From NCBI GenBank assembly GCA_039944535.1, contig JBDUYP010000022.1, positions 1-32,000 of the forward strand: DNA of 32,000 nt, in the 5' to 3' direction. The stretch comes from Cyclobacteriaceae bacterium (GTDB taxonomy: Bacteria > Bacteroidota > Bacteroidia > Cytophagales > Cyclobacteriaceae). A program made the position numbers and the translations under genes. The notes under the pieces were generated by a model, which was given only the letters and a program-made list of their open reading frames with translations, had not been told where the DNA came from and searched no databases. Shown piece after piece: positions 1-7,665 of this stretch (position 1 is the stretch's first letter; every line of letters begins with the position of its first letter).

Positions 1-353
1 CGTGCAGAAATCCTGTTCAAGAAGTACCCAAGGCTAGAACAAGCCTATAACCTTGCTCAAAACTTAGGCCATATCTACAGTATCAAAGAAAAGGGAGTGG
101 CATTCACCAAACTGGCTCAATGGTACAATCGTGTGGAAGAACTTGGGTTCAAGCAATTCAATACCATCTCCAGAACCATTCAGAGCCATTACCAAACTAT
201 CCTCAATTACTTTGATAAGAGAAGTACCAATGCAGCAGCAGAACTAGCCGTTCGCAATCCTTCAATGCAAAGATCAAAGCTCTCAGAGCCCAATTTAGAG
301 GCGTTAGAAATGTCAGCTTCTTTCTATATCGACTCTCTAAAATCTATGCTTAG
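1..353 (+). pseudogene. ISL3-like DDE transposase, 3' portion (gene enters from the left edge), frameshifted
   Basis: Frame 1 is open from nt 1 and reads ...FNTISRTIQSHYQTILNYFDKRSTNAAAE up to nt 243. The expected continuation SFNAKIKALRAQFRGVRNVSFFLYRLSKIYA* lies in frame 3 (258..353). Deleting the 14 nt at 244-257 (ctagccgttcgcaa) rejoins the halves in frame. The TNxxAExFNxKIKxxRxxxRG C-terminus is what I recall for ISL3-type transposases; the family call is from memory. Confidence 0.6.
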
Positions 354-430
354 TACAATCTCCACACAACTTTATTGCTTGATCCAAAATACTTCACTTC
401 GAACTTGACCTATCAAGTGACCTAAAAGCA

Positions 431-465
431 AAAAACCCACTCCATTTAAAATGGAGTGGGTTTTT
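431..465. terminator. Bidirectional rho-independent terminator
   Basis: Perfect 11-bp stem acccactccat (435-445) / atggagtgggt (451-461) with a 5-nt loop ttaaa. An A-run (431-435) and a T-run (461-465) flank it, so it gives stem plus U-tract on either strand. It sits between the transposase remnant and the tRNA fragment. Confidence 0.8.
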
Positions 466-477
466 AATGCTTAATTG

Positions 478-519
478 AGCCTCCTATCGGGATCGAACCA
501 ATGACCTACTGATTACAAG
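478..519 (-). tRNA. 3' fragment of tRNA-Thr(UGU) (anticodon loop to discriminator); non-functional, probable att-site remnant
   Basis: The minus strand reads CTTGTAA-TCAGT-AGGTC-ATTGG-TTCGATC-CCGAT-AGGAGGC-T. This gives an anticodon loop with TGT, the 3' anticodon stem, a variable loop, a full T-arm, the 3' acceptor strand and the discriminator. The 5' anticodon-stem strand (expected ACTGA), the D-arm and the 5' acceptor strand are absent; that strand continues ...ccattcttt. Confidence 0.75.
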
Positions 520-636
520 AAAGAATGGTGTTTGTTATCGTTGTTTATATTTATTTATAAGTAGTTGTATTTCAAGTATTTACAAAAACTTTTAATACTA
601 ATTGATCGTATTGTTTTATAGTTTTATATCAGAAAC

Positions 637-657
637 ATGTAAACCATATGTAAACCA
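637..657 (+). repeat. Tandem direct repeat ATGTAAACCA x2 (11-nt register) 8 nt upstream of the integrase ATG
   Basis: atgtaaacca at 637-646 and again at 648-657, separated by a single t. The repeat itself is certain; its function (arm-type site or operator) is not. Confidence 0.9.
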
Positions 658-664
658 CGCGTTC

Positions 665-1888
665 ATGAGTAAGTATCTAAGTGCAATAGCTAAAGTCATT
701 CTATTCAAATCTAAAACACTGAAAGCTGGATCGCATCCCGTAATGCTACGGATCACTTTCAAAGGAAAAAGAAAATATTTCACCACTCCCTTCAAGATGA
801 CTGATGAAGAATTTGAAAAACTCTTTTCAGCCAAACGTTTGCAAAAGACTGATCAAAATATTCTCACCCAAATTCGAAGCATAGAAGTTCGTGCGCAGAC
901 AACAATTGATCGAATAATAGAAGATACCCGCTCCTTTTCTTTCAGACAATTCGAAGACGCTTTCTATACATCAGCTAAAGACACCAACGTACTGAGGTTG
1001 TTCGATCAAAGAATTCAGTACTATCATGAGAAAGGGTCATATTCCACAAGAGACAGTTTTACTTGTGCTAAAAAGCACCTCCTTAAATACTCAAAAAACA
1101 ATGCATTACTACTTGAGGATATTACTCCAGAATATCTTGAGAAATACGAAAGGGCGCACCCAAAATTATCTCCCAACACTCTGGGCATTTACGAAAGAAA
1201 TTTAAGAGTGATTTTCAACCTTGCCATTAAGAATGGAGCAATCGCGCCAGAATTGAATCCATTTAACGAACACCGCCCACCGTTTCGACCAGGGCGAAAG
1301 AAAGCCCTAATCAAAGAGGATATTATTAAGATTCTCAATCATCAAACCGAAATGTATAGTTATAGGTGGCTATCACAACAGGTTTATATATTTAGTTACC
1401 TGTGTAATGGAATGAACCTGAAGGACATTGCCTCTTTAAGATGGACGGATGTAAATGACGGACGGATATATTTCATCCGGAGTAAAACAATCAACACCTC
1501 TGCAAGACCCAAAATACAAAGCATCAAAATCAATGAGCCACTTCTAAAAATCCTAAATGATTTGGAATACTATAAAACTACCGAATCAGATTATGTATTT
1601 CCTATTCTCAACAAGGGAGCCTCAGATGAGGAGCACTACAGGCGCAAGAATGATTTTGTCGGCACCATCAATGATAACATTAGGAAAATAGCCAAAGAAC
1701 TAGAGATCGAAAAAGACTTTACTTTTTACAGCGCGAGACATTCATGGGCCACTGTTTTGAAACGCGAAGGAGTCAGTGTCGAGGTGATTTCTGAAGGAAT
1801 GACACATTCGAGCGTGAGGGTAACTGAAGGGTATTTGGACAGTTTTGGAGATGATCAATTAGATAGTGTGAATGAATTCTTGTTATAA
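665..1888 (+). CDS. int: Tyrosine recombinase/integrase, Bacteroidetes type with N-terminal Arm DNA-binding domain
   Basis: ORF 602..1888. I start it at ATG 665 (MSKYLSAIAKVILFKSKTLKAGSHPVMLRITFKGKRKYF, a typical Arm-domain N-terminus). The C-terminal catalytic region carries YSARHSWATVL (HxxR) and HSSVRVTEGYL (catalytic Tyr). It lies next to the tRNA fragment. Confidence 0.9.
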   Translation: MSKYLSAIAKVILFKSKTLKAGSHPVMLRITFKGKRKYFTTPFKMTDEEFEKLFSAKRLQKTDQNILTQIRSIEVRAQTTIDRIIEDTRSFSFRQFEDAFYTSAKDTNVLRLFDQRIQYYHEKGSYSTRDSFTCAKKHLLKYSKNNALLLEDITPEYLEKYERAHPKLSPNTLGIYERNLRVIFNLAIKNGAIAPELNPFNEHRPPFRPGRKKALIKEDIIKILNHQTEMYSYRWLSQQVYIFSYLCNGMNLKDIASLRWTDVNDGRIYFIRSKTINTSARPKIQSIKINEPLLKILNDLEYYKTTESDYVFPILNKGASDEEHYRRKNDFVGTINDNIRKIAKELEIEKDFTFYSARHSWATVLKREGVSVEVISEGMTHSSVRVTEGYLDSFGDDQLDSVNEFLL

Positions 1889-2497
1889 TCATTCATAAGT
1901 CTCATTATAAATCTCCCTGATTCTCCTGCCCTCAAAAGTCCAATATGGACCAGGCGCAACATTGTAGTCATTACCCAATAAAATGCGCGTGGCTCTGGTA
2001 AGTGAAATGGTTTCTCCACGGAAAGAGACTTTCTTTTCCGTTTCCACAACACAAAATTCATCCTCAACATTGGACATAAGCCTGGAACCAACCGAAATGC
2101 CCATCTCAACGAAGTTGATTTGCGGTCTTTTCTTTCTGGAATACGCCTTGCCAGCTTCCTTTGAAGCCTCGTCTACCTTTTCTAACTCATTACTCACCTG
2201 TGGGGTAACATCTTCTACACAGATTAACTCAAGAAGGCCAATGGCTTGTTCATCGTCAATTTCAAAAAACTCCCGATTTGGGTTTATGCGATAAGGGCCA
2301 AACGCCTTGTGAAAGGCCTTCTCAACTTTCTTGACATCAGCAACTCTCCCTGCGAATGAACACTGAAAAGGCAGAGGTACACCGGTAGAGTAAAGCTCAC
2401 TCATTCGAATTTCTACTTCCAACCTTGTAGTCATCCCAATCTTCACCAGACCAGGTATTGCGGGATTAGTAAGTATATAAACGATTCCTTCTTCCAT
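1889..2497 (-). CDS. T5orf172 / GIY-YIG-like nuclease-family protein with a C-terminal DUF4357-like region
   Basis: Starting at MEEGIVYILTNPAIPGLVKIGMTTR...ELYSTGVPLPF...EKAFHKAFGPYRINPNREFFEI, which matches the T5orf172 pattern as I recall it. ATG 2497 lies 1 nt after the hsdR stop (2499-2501). Its stop codon (1889-1891) directly abuts the integrase stop (1886-1888). Confidence 0.65.
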   Translation of the reverse strand: MEEGIVYILTNPAIPGLVKIGMTTRLEVEIRMSELYSTGVPLPFQCSFAGRVADVKKVEKAFHKAFGPYRINPNREFFEIDDEQAIGLLELICVEDVTPQVSNELEKVDEASKEAGKAYSRKKRPQINFVEMGISVGSRLMSNVEDEFCVVETEKKVSFRGETISLTRATRILLGNDYNVAPGPYWTFEGRRIREIYNETYE

Positions 2498-2498
2498 A

Positions 2499-5465
2499 TC
2501 AATAATACTCCTTAATATACTCATAGGCCCTATCAAAGAGCACTTGATCCTTATGAAGTTGATATTTCAGCAAGGCTTTTCTCAAGGACTTTTGAACCTC
2601 CCGCTCCCCCGCTGATGAGTTTTGCCATCCTGGGAAGCGTACCTGCTTCACTATTTCATCAATGTCTTTGACGATCCGCTCCACCACCGCTGGAGTCTGA
2701 TCTGTTTTTAATTCGATGAATAATTCCGTTAAGGCAGCCTGAGGCGTTTTCTCTTCAATCAATGATTCCAGTTCCTTCTCAGCCAGCACCGTTTCTCTGG
2801 CCAGTTTGCAGAGTTCCTTTACAAACTCAATGGACGTAATCAATCCCTGCTCTGCTTTATCTCTGAGGGCTTCAAGACGTTCACTCAATTTTTTGAACTT
2901 CGGATTGCCTGCATGCTTCTTGAATCGCTTAATCAAGATGCCTTCCAGCTTAGCTGCGTTTCTTGGATCAGGATTGTTGAAGATCTCTTCGATCACATCG
3001 GCATCCAAAACGAACTCATCGAGGTGGTGAACATCGCCAACATGAATGTTTTCATGGATCAGTTTGGTGGTCTGTGCACCTAGCGTAAACCATAACAATT
3101 TTCCAGTATGATCTGAGGCAGGTCGTACCGATTCAAAAACTTGAGATAACCATTTGTAATCTTCCTGAAACTCATCTAAAACTGCATCTGGAGAAAGGGA
3201 CTCCCAAAGTTTCGAGAGGTATTTGAAGTCCTTAGCAAAGGCATCTTTCTTTTCGTCAGTACCAATAGCATTTTGGGCAGCCTCTAATCCTTCAAAACCT
3301 GTAACCTTACGATCTACCCCAATAAAATGATTCAAGGCTTTGGCGGCTGCATCAGGTAATTCTTCCTTAAGATTGGAGAGGTTAGTGATAACCTTCATCA
3401 CGCTCTTTTCATCAAATTGGAGTGCCTTGGCTGCATCATCAAAAACACCGAAATAATCGACAATGCGCCCAAAATGTTTGCCCTTATACAGTCGGTTGGT
3501 TCTGCATATGGCTTGAAGCAGGGTATGATCCTTGATGGATTTGTCCAGGTAAATGGTTTGGAGAATGGGTGCGTCAAATCCCGTGAGGAGCTTAGCAGTG
3601 ACGATGATAAATTTCAATGGTGAATGCTCATCCTCAAATTCCTCCACGATCTTTTCCTGCTTTCCTTTGTCCACACCCCATTTCTGCTTGAAGTCAAAAT
3701 CATCGTTGGCAGATGTAGAAATCACCACCCTGCTTGCTGCAGGATCAAAGTATTTATCCAGTTCCTCTTTATACTGCACACAGGCATACCGATCTGGGGT
3801 CACGATCATGGCCTTAAATCCATGCGGCTCCACTTTCTCTCGGAAATGCTGTGCAATGTCCTCCACGATCTTAGCTACCCGCTCCGGACTTTTGAGAAAT
3901 GCGGCCATCCGGGCAGAATGCTTGTTCAGCGCATCCGCCTCTTCATCAGACAAAGCTGAGGATTCCTTGAATGCTGCAAATAGCTTGTCGATGTTGTCGG
4001 TATCCACATGAACATCAACCAGCCTGGGCTCAAAATGTAGCGGTTTGGTGGCATCATCCCTAAGAGAGTCATGGAAGGTATATCGCGACATGTAGCCGCC
4101 CTGATCTTCCTCTGACCCGAAAGCCCAGAAGGTATTTTTGTCTGCTTTATTGACGGGTGTTCCCGTAAGACCAAACAGAAAGGCATTAGGCAATGCGGCA
4201 CGCATCTGGCGCCCCAAGTCGCCTTCCTGCGTACGGTGAGCCTCATCCACCATCACGATGATGTTCTCACGATCGTTCAGGTTGGGAGGTGCATCCCGAA
4301 ACTTGTGGATCATGGTAATGATGATCTTTCTGGTGTCTTTCTGCAAAAGATCTTTCAACTCACTGATACTCTCTGTAGTGATTACATTGGCCACATCTGC
4401 TGCATTGAATGTGCCACTGATCTGCGTATCCAAATCTGTACGATCTACCAGTATCAACACCGTGGGGCTCCTTAGATCGGCAAGCTTGCGCAACTTTTGC
4501 GCCGCGAAAACCATCAATAGTGATTTACCTGAACCTTGAAAATGCCAGATGAGTCCTTTTTTGATTCTCCCCTCCCTGACTCGCTCCACCAGCTTATTGG
4601 CACCCTCGTACTGCTGAAACCGGCAAATGATTTTAATCCTTCTTTTTTTACTGTCCGTGGTGAAGAGGGTGAAGTTTTGTAGGATGTCCAATAACCTGCC
4701 GGGATTCAATAAATCAGATAACTCCTTTCCGATCTCTCCAAGCCCAAGGCGCCTGGCCAAATCATCTTCATCTCCCTCTATCCGCCAGGGCGCCCAAAAA
4801 TCCAGAGGTGTGCGCACACCGCCATAATAAAGTTGCTTGCCCTCAGATGCAAAAGAGAGCACATTGGGTACGAACAATTGTGGTACCGCATTCTCATAGA
4901 TGTCGTGCACCTCGTGCGCACCATCCAGCCAACTGATAGACGGACGGATAGGTGTTTTCACTTCCCCGACTACTACGGGCAGTCCATTAATCAAGAGAAT
5001 GATGTCTGGGATCTTAGTCTCCCTGTGATGAACCCGGTATTGGTTGGTGATAATGTAGGTATTATTGGCCTTGTGATCAAAATCAATCAGGCGCACGGGC
5101 ACGTGCCGGTTATTCTCACCAAAGGGCATGGTTTTCTCACCCGTCATCCACTTGAAAAACTCCTCATTGGCACGAACGAGACCTACCTGATTCACTGTGA
5201 GTAGTATGGCACGAAGCTTATAGATGACTTCATCTGCCAATTCATTTCGTTCGGCGATTTCCGGATTCAGGTTGATCAAAGCCATGCGCAACTCCGACTC
5301 CACCAGTACCTCATTAATGCCTCTGCCTAGCTCGGAGGCAGAACGATATTGCCAACTATTACTGTAGGATACCTTGGGTTCTTCTGCCGCATTGCTATTG
5401 AGGTTGGTGCCGCTAAGCTGATGAATGATATAGTGCTCTACACTATTGAGTTCGTTAAATCCCAT
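2499..5465 (-). CDS. hsdR: Type I restriction enzyme R subunit
   Basis: 988 aa with SF2 helicase motifs: HFQGSGKSLLMVF (Walker A), MVDEAHRTQEG (DEAH), FGLTGTPV, QAICRTNRL. The N-terminus is nuclease-like. It shares an operon with hsdM and hsdS. Confidence 0.95.
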   Translation of the reverse strand: MGFNELNSVEHYIIHQLSGTNLNSNAAEEPKVSYSNSWQYRSASELGRGINEVLVESELRMALINLNPEIAERNELADEVIYKLRAILLTVNQVGLVRANEEFFKWMTGEKTMPFGENNRHVPVRLIDFDHKANNTYIITNQYRVHHRETKIPDIILLINGLPVVVGEVKTPIRPSISWLDGAHEVHDIYENAVPQLFVPNVLSFASEGKQLYYGGVRTPLDFWAPWRIEGDEDDLARRLGLGEIGKELSDLLNPGRLLDILQNFTLFTTDSKKRRIKIICRFQQYEGANKLVERVREGRIKKGLIWHFQGSGKSLLMVFAAQKLRKLADLRSPTVLILVDRTDLDTQISGTFNAADVANVITTESISELKDLLQKDTRKIIITMIHKFRDAPPNLNDRENIIVMVDEAHRTQEGDLGRQMRAALPNAFLFGLTGTPVNKADKNTFWAFGSEEDQGGYMSRYTFHDSLRDDATKPLHFEPRLVDVHVDTDNIDKLFAAFKESSALSDEEADALNKHSARMAAFLKSPERVAKIVEDIAQHFREKVEPHGFKAMIVTPDRYACVQYKEELDKYFDPAASRVVISTSANDDFDFKQKWGVDKGKQEKIVEEFEDEHSPLKFIIVTAKLLTGFDAPILQTIYLDKSIKDHTLLQAICRTNRLYKGKHFGRIVDYFGVFDDAAKALQFDEKSVMKVITNLSNLKEELPDAAAKALNHFIGVDRKVTGFEGLEAAQNAIGTDEKKDAFAKDFKYLSKLWESLSPDAVLDEFQEDYKWLSQVFESVRPASDHTGKLLWFTLGAQTTKLIHENIHVGDVHHLDEFVLDADVIEEIFNNPDPRNAAKLEGILIKRFKKHAGNPKFKKLSERLEALRDKAEQGLITSIEFVKELCKLARETVLAEKELESLIEEKTPQAALTELFIELKTDQTPAVVERIVKDIDEIVKQVRFPGWQNSSAGEREVQKSLRKALLKYQLHKDQVLFDRAYEYIKEYY

Positions 5466-6150
5466 CGACAGTATTCTTTAATGTGGTCATGATCATACCA
5501 AATCGCTCGTCTTGCTGATCATGATATAGGTTGCCAATAATGGCTTCCTGCAACAATTTACTTTCCAAAATCAATAAAAAGGATTCCTTTAGATAGTTTC
5601 TTACCGTTTCATCTGAATTGAGGATCTTTTCACGGATATCAGAAGTATGATTGAGTAAATAAACAATGTCCTCAAAATCATGACTGGCATATAAGTCCTT
5701 CATACCGCGATCACGGAAGGCGTCAAACTTGGCGGCCAAGAAATAGGGTAATGGTAAAATTCTGATAGTCAACCCTTCCAGATCATAGTGCAAGGCTTGA
5801 TCAAAACCAAGCTCAAACCAACGGTTGCCAGGTGCCCAACCAACGGGTTTGGTAGCCATCACATCGACAAGCACATCTTCATATCGGAAGCGGCAGACCA
5901 CTGAATCCTCCGCAGATTGTGTGAATCCACGACTGATCAACTCCTCTCGCAAAGTTTCCAGCGCTCCCAGACTGGCAATCTCCATGGTCAAGTCCAGGTC
6001 TTTTGTAGGACGAACATCATCTGCAGATGGATCATCTATGTACAAACTGACTACTGCTCCTCCTACATACACCACTTGATCATTAAGCTCTCCTAAAGCA
6101 GTGGCGATCTTCTTCGTGACTGCCCGATTGATTTGCGTATTCTTTAGCAT
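5455..6150 (-). CDS. Nucleotidyltransferase-fold protein (AbiEii-like toxin candidate)
   Basis: 231 aa. It has a Pol-beta-type NTase signature, VVYVGGAVVSLY...PTKDLDLTMEI (GG then DxD), and a helical C-terminal region. It overlaps the upstream wHTH gene by 7 nt and the hsdR start by 11 nt. Confidence 0.55.
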   Translation of the reverse strand: MLKNTQINRAVTKKIATALGELNDQVVYVGGAVVSLYIDDPSADDVRPTKDLDLTMEIASLGALETLREELISRGFTQSAEDSVVCRFRYEDVLVDVMATKPVGWAPGNRWFELGFDQALHYDLEGLTIRILPLPYFLAAKFDAFRDRGMKDLYASHDFEDIVYLLNHTSDIREKILNSDETVRNYLKESFLLILESKLLQEAIIGNLYHDQQDERFGMIMTTLKNTVDGI

Positions 6151-6656
6151 ATCCGCTTTTTGAGTTCTTCTACCGCGATGTTTCGTTCACGTGCTCTGCC
6201 TACTCTGAGCGCATCACACAAGGCCATTACTTCATAAAATGCCGGATCTTTGAGACAGGCGACAGGCACACTTGGATAAAGAGGCTCTATGGCCTGACCT
6301 CTCACATTCCCTTCATGATGTGGCCATACATACGGAGCATCACTCATGATCTCCTCGCTCAGTGGTGGCGCGGCATGGGCGGTTGGTACTCCTCTTAATA
6401 GCGCACCAGGCCGCTGGGGATAGACATACCGAAGACCATATTGCAAAAAATCCATTAAGGCTTGCCGCATCAGCTCCTTCTTGTTCTGAAACAATAACCC
6501 AGCAATGGACGAACGGTTCAGGCTCTCACTCACTTCACTGGCACTGATCTCCAACTCACGCGAAAGCTCTTTCATGGTCCAGGGCTGCTCACCTTTGATG
6601 GCTATTTTGAGTAGGATGACCACATCCTGTGGACGCATACCGCTGTGCTTTTTCAT
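6144..6656 (-). CDS. Winged-HTH regulator (AbiEi-like antitoxin / controller candidate)
   Basis: 170 aa. The N-terminal wHTH-like segment is VVILLKIAIKGEQPWTMKELSRELEISASEVSESLNRSSIAGLL, followed by a conserved-looking C-terminal domain. It is the first gene after a 133-nt intergenic gap that contains a perfect palindrome. Confidence 0.5.
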   Translation of the reverse strand: MKKHSGMRPQDVVILLKIAIKGEQPWTMKELSRELEISASEVSESLNRSSIAGLLFQNKKELMRQALMDFLQYGLRYVYPQRPGALLRGVPTAHAAPPLSEEIMSDAPYVWPHHEGNVRGQAIEPLYPSVPVACLKDPAFYEVMALCDALRVGRARERNIAVEELKKRIC

Positions 6657-6701
6657 TGGATGAGTGTTTTGCTATCCAGTAAAGGTAGGATTTAAATTCT
6701 T

Positions 6702-6720
6702 AATTCGCGAATCGCGAATT
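6702..6720. promoter_or_regulatory. Perfect 19-bp palindrome AATTCGCGA-a-TCGCGAATT; candidate operator for the wHTH protein
   Basis: 9-bp arms around a single central base, located 46-64 nt upstream of the wHTH start (6656). A Bacteroidetes -7-like element (TAccTTTa on the minus strand) lies between it and the start codon. Confidence 0.5.
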
Positions 6721-6789
6721 ACCAATGTTTGCTTTAGTGATCTGGCAATGCTATAGTGTTCGGTGCTATTGAATTCGATTAAATGCATA

Positions 6790-7665
6790 TCAGGGTTGAA
6801 TCAATTGATTCAATTTTTTAAAAGCATGATTTAAAACATTAATCTGAGATTGAATTGTGAACCGATACAAAACGTAATCGGTATACTGAGTGAAAATCTT
6901 GTATCTCCAATGATCAAAGGAATCTTCCTCTGCTATTGGCTGGAGAATATTCTCATAAATAACATCTTCAACATCTTGCTTAGCCACTTCAAAGGATCTT
7001 TGCCCATTACTATATCTCTCAACCCTTTTTGTTATTTTTTTTAGAAACTCGTCAATAAATTTCTGACGACCGTTTACGTAAAGTTCATCCCGATTTAAAT
7101 CATATACCCTGATTGATTCTTCGCCTTTATCGCTAAGATGTTCAAGCTTTCCATCTCTCAAATACACTAAATGATCATCTGGATTATCCAGTTCAGGATT
7201 AATTAAGACTGGTTTTTCTATTTTAATAGTACTAGAATAAGAGTAATTATGATTGAGGTCAATATTTTGACCAATCCATATAGGACTATCTAATCTCCTA
7301 ACTCCATTTAATAATGGAAATTCAGTACCCTTATGGCCATTGCAATTACCGCATGCGAATAGAAGATTTGTCCATTCATAGCCTAACCAATAATATCCTG
7401 TGTGTGCTGTTCCCTTTACACCATCTTTAGGTCGAAAATGCTCTACTTGCAAACGACTGCCCTTAGGTTTCTGATTACAATAAGCACACTTTTCATGATA
7501 ATAATTATCTAAAGCAGTTTTGACAATATTAGATCGATAAATAGAGGATGATTTAGCAGGCCATCTTTTTGACGTACTCAAATTAAGTATAGCACTATCA
7601 TATGCTGCCCAACCTGGCTTTAAATTACGAGGTGGGTTTGTCAAATTCTTATTGATTTTTCTCAC
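6790..7665 (-). CDS. HNH endonuclease (TIGR02646/PtuB-like)
   Basis: 291 aa. HNH core: CAYCNQKPKGSRLQVEHFRPK ... WTNLLFACGNCNGHKG (two CxxC pairs, catalytic His, Asn). GTG start at 7665 overlaps the upstream ATPase gene by 17 nt. Confidence 0.75.
   Translation of the reverse strand: MRKINKNLTNPPRNLKPGWAAYDSAILNLSTSKRWPAKSSSIYRSNIVKTALDNYYHEKCAYCNQKPKGSRLQVEHFRPKDGVKGTAHTGYYWLGYEWTNLLFACGNCNGHKGTEFPLLNGVRRLDSPIWIGQNIDLNHNYSYSSTIKIEKPVLINPELDNPDDHLVYLRDGKLEHLSDKGEESIRVYDLNRDELYVNGRQKFIDEFLKKITKRVERYSNGQRSFEVAKQDVEDVIYENILQPIAEEDSFDHWRYKIFTQYTDYVLYRFTIQSQINVLNHAFKKLNQLIQP

Noticed and set aside
602-664. TTG-initiated 21-codon N-terminal extension of the integrase ORF (MIVLFYSFISETCKPYVNHAF).
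   Set aside because: ATG 665 gives the typical Arm-domain N-terminus. The extension overlaps the ATGTAAACCA repeats and looks non-coding.
2806-5204. Many plus-strand ORFs of 60-150 aa inside hsdR (for example 3553..4011 and 4833..5204), and similar antisense ORFs inside hsdM, the GH32 genes (for example 26144..26704) and uxaC.
   Set aside because: They are shadow ORFs antisense to long genes with strong motif support. Their translations are low-complexity or Ser/Leu/Cys-rich and carry no recognisable motifs.
6796-6813. Perfect 18-bp palindrome TTGAATCAATTGATTCAA near the HNH gene 3' end.
   Set aside because: It lies inside the coding sequence (it encodes LNQLIQ), has no loop and no following U-tract. 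It is not a convincing terminator or operator.
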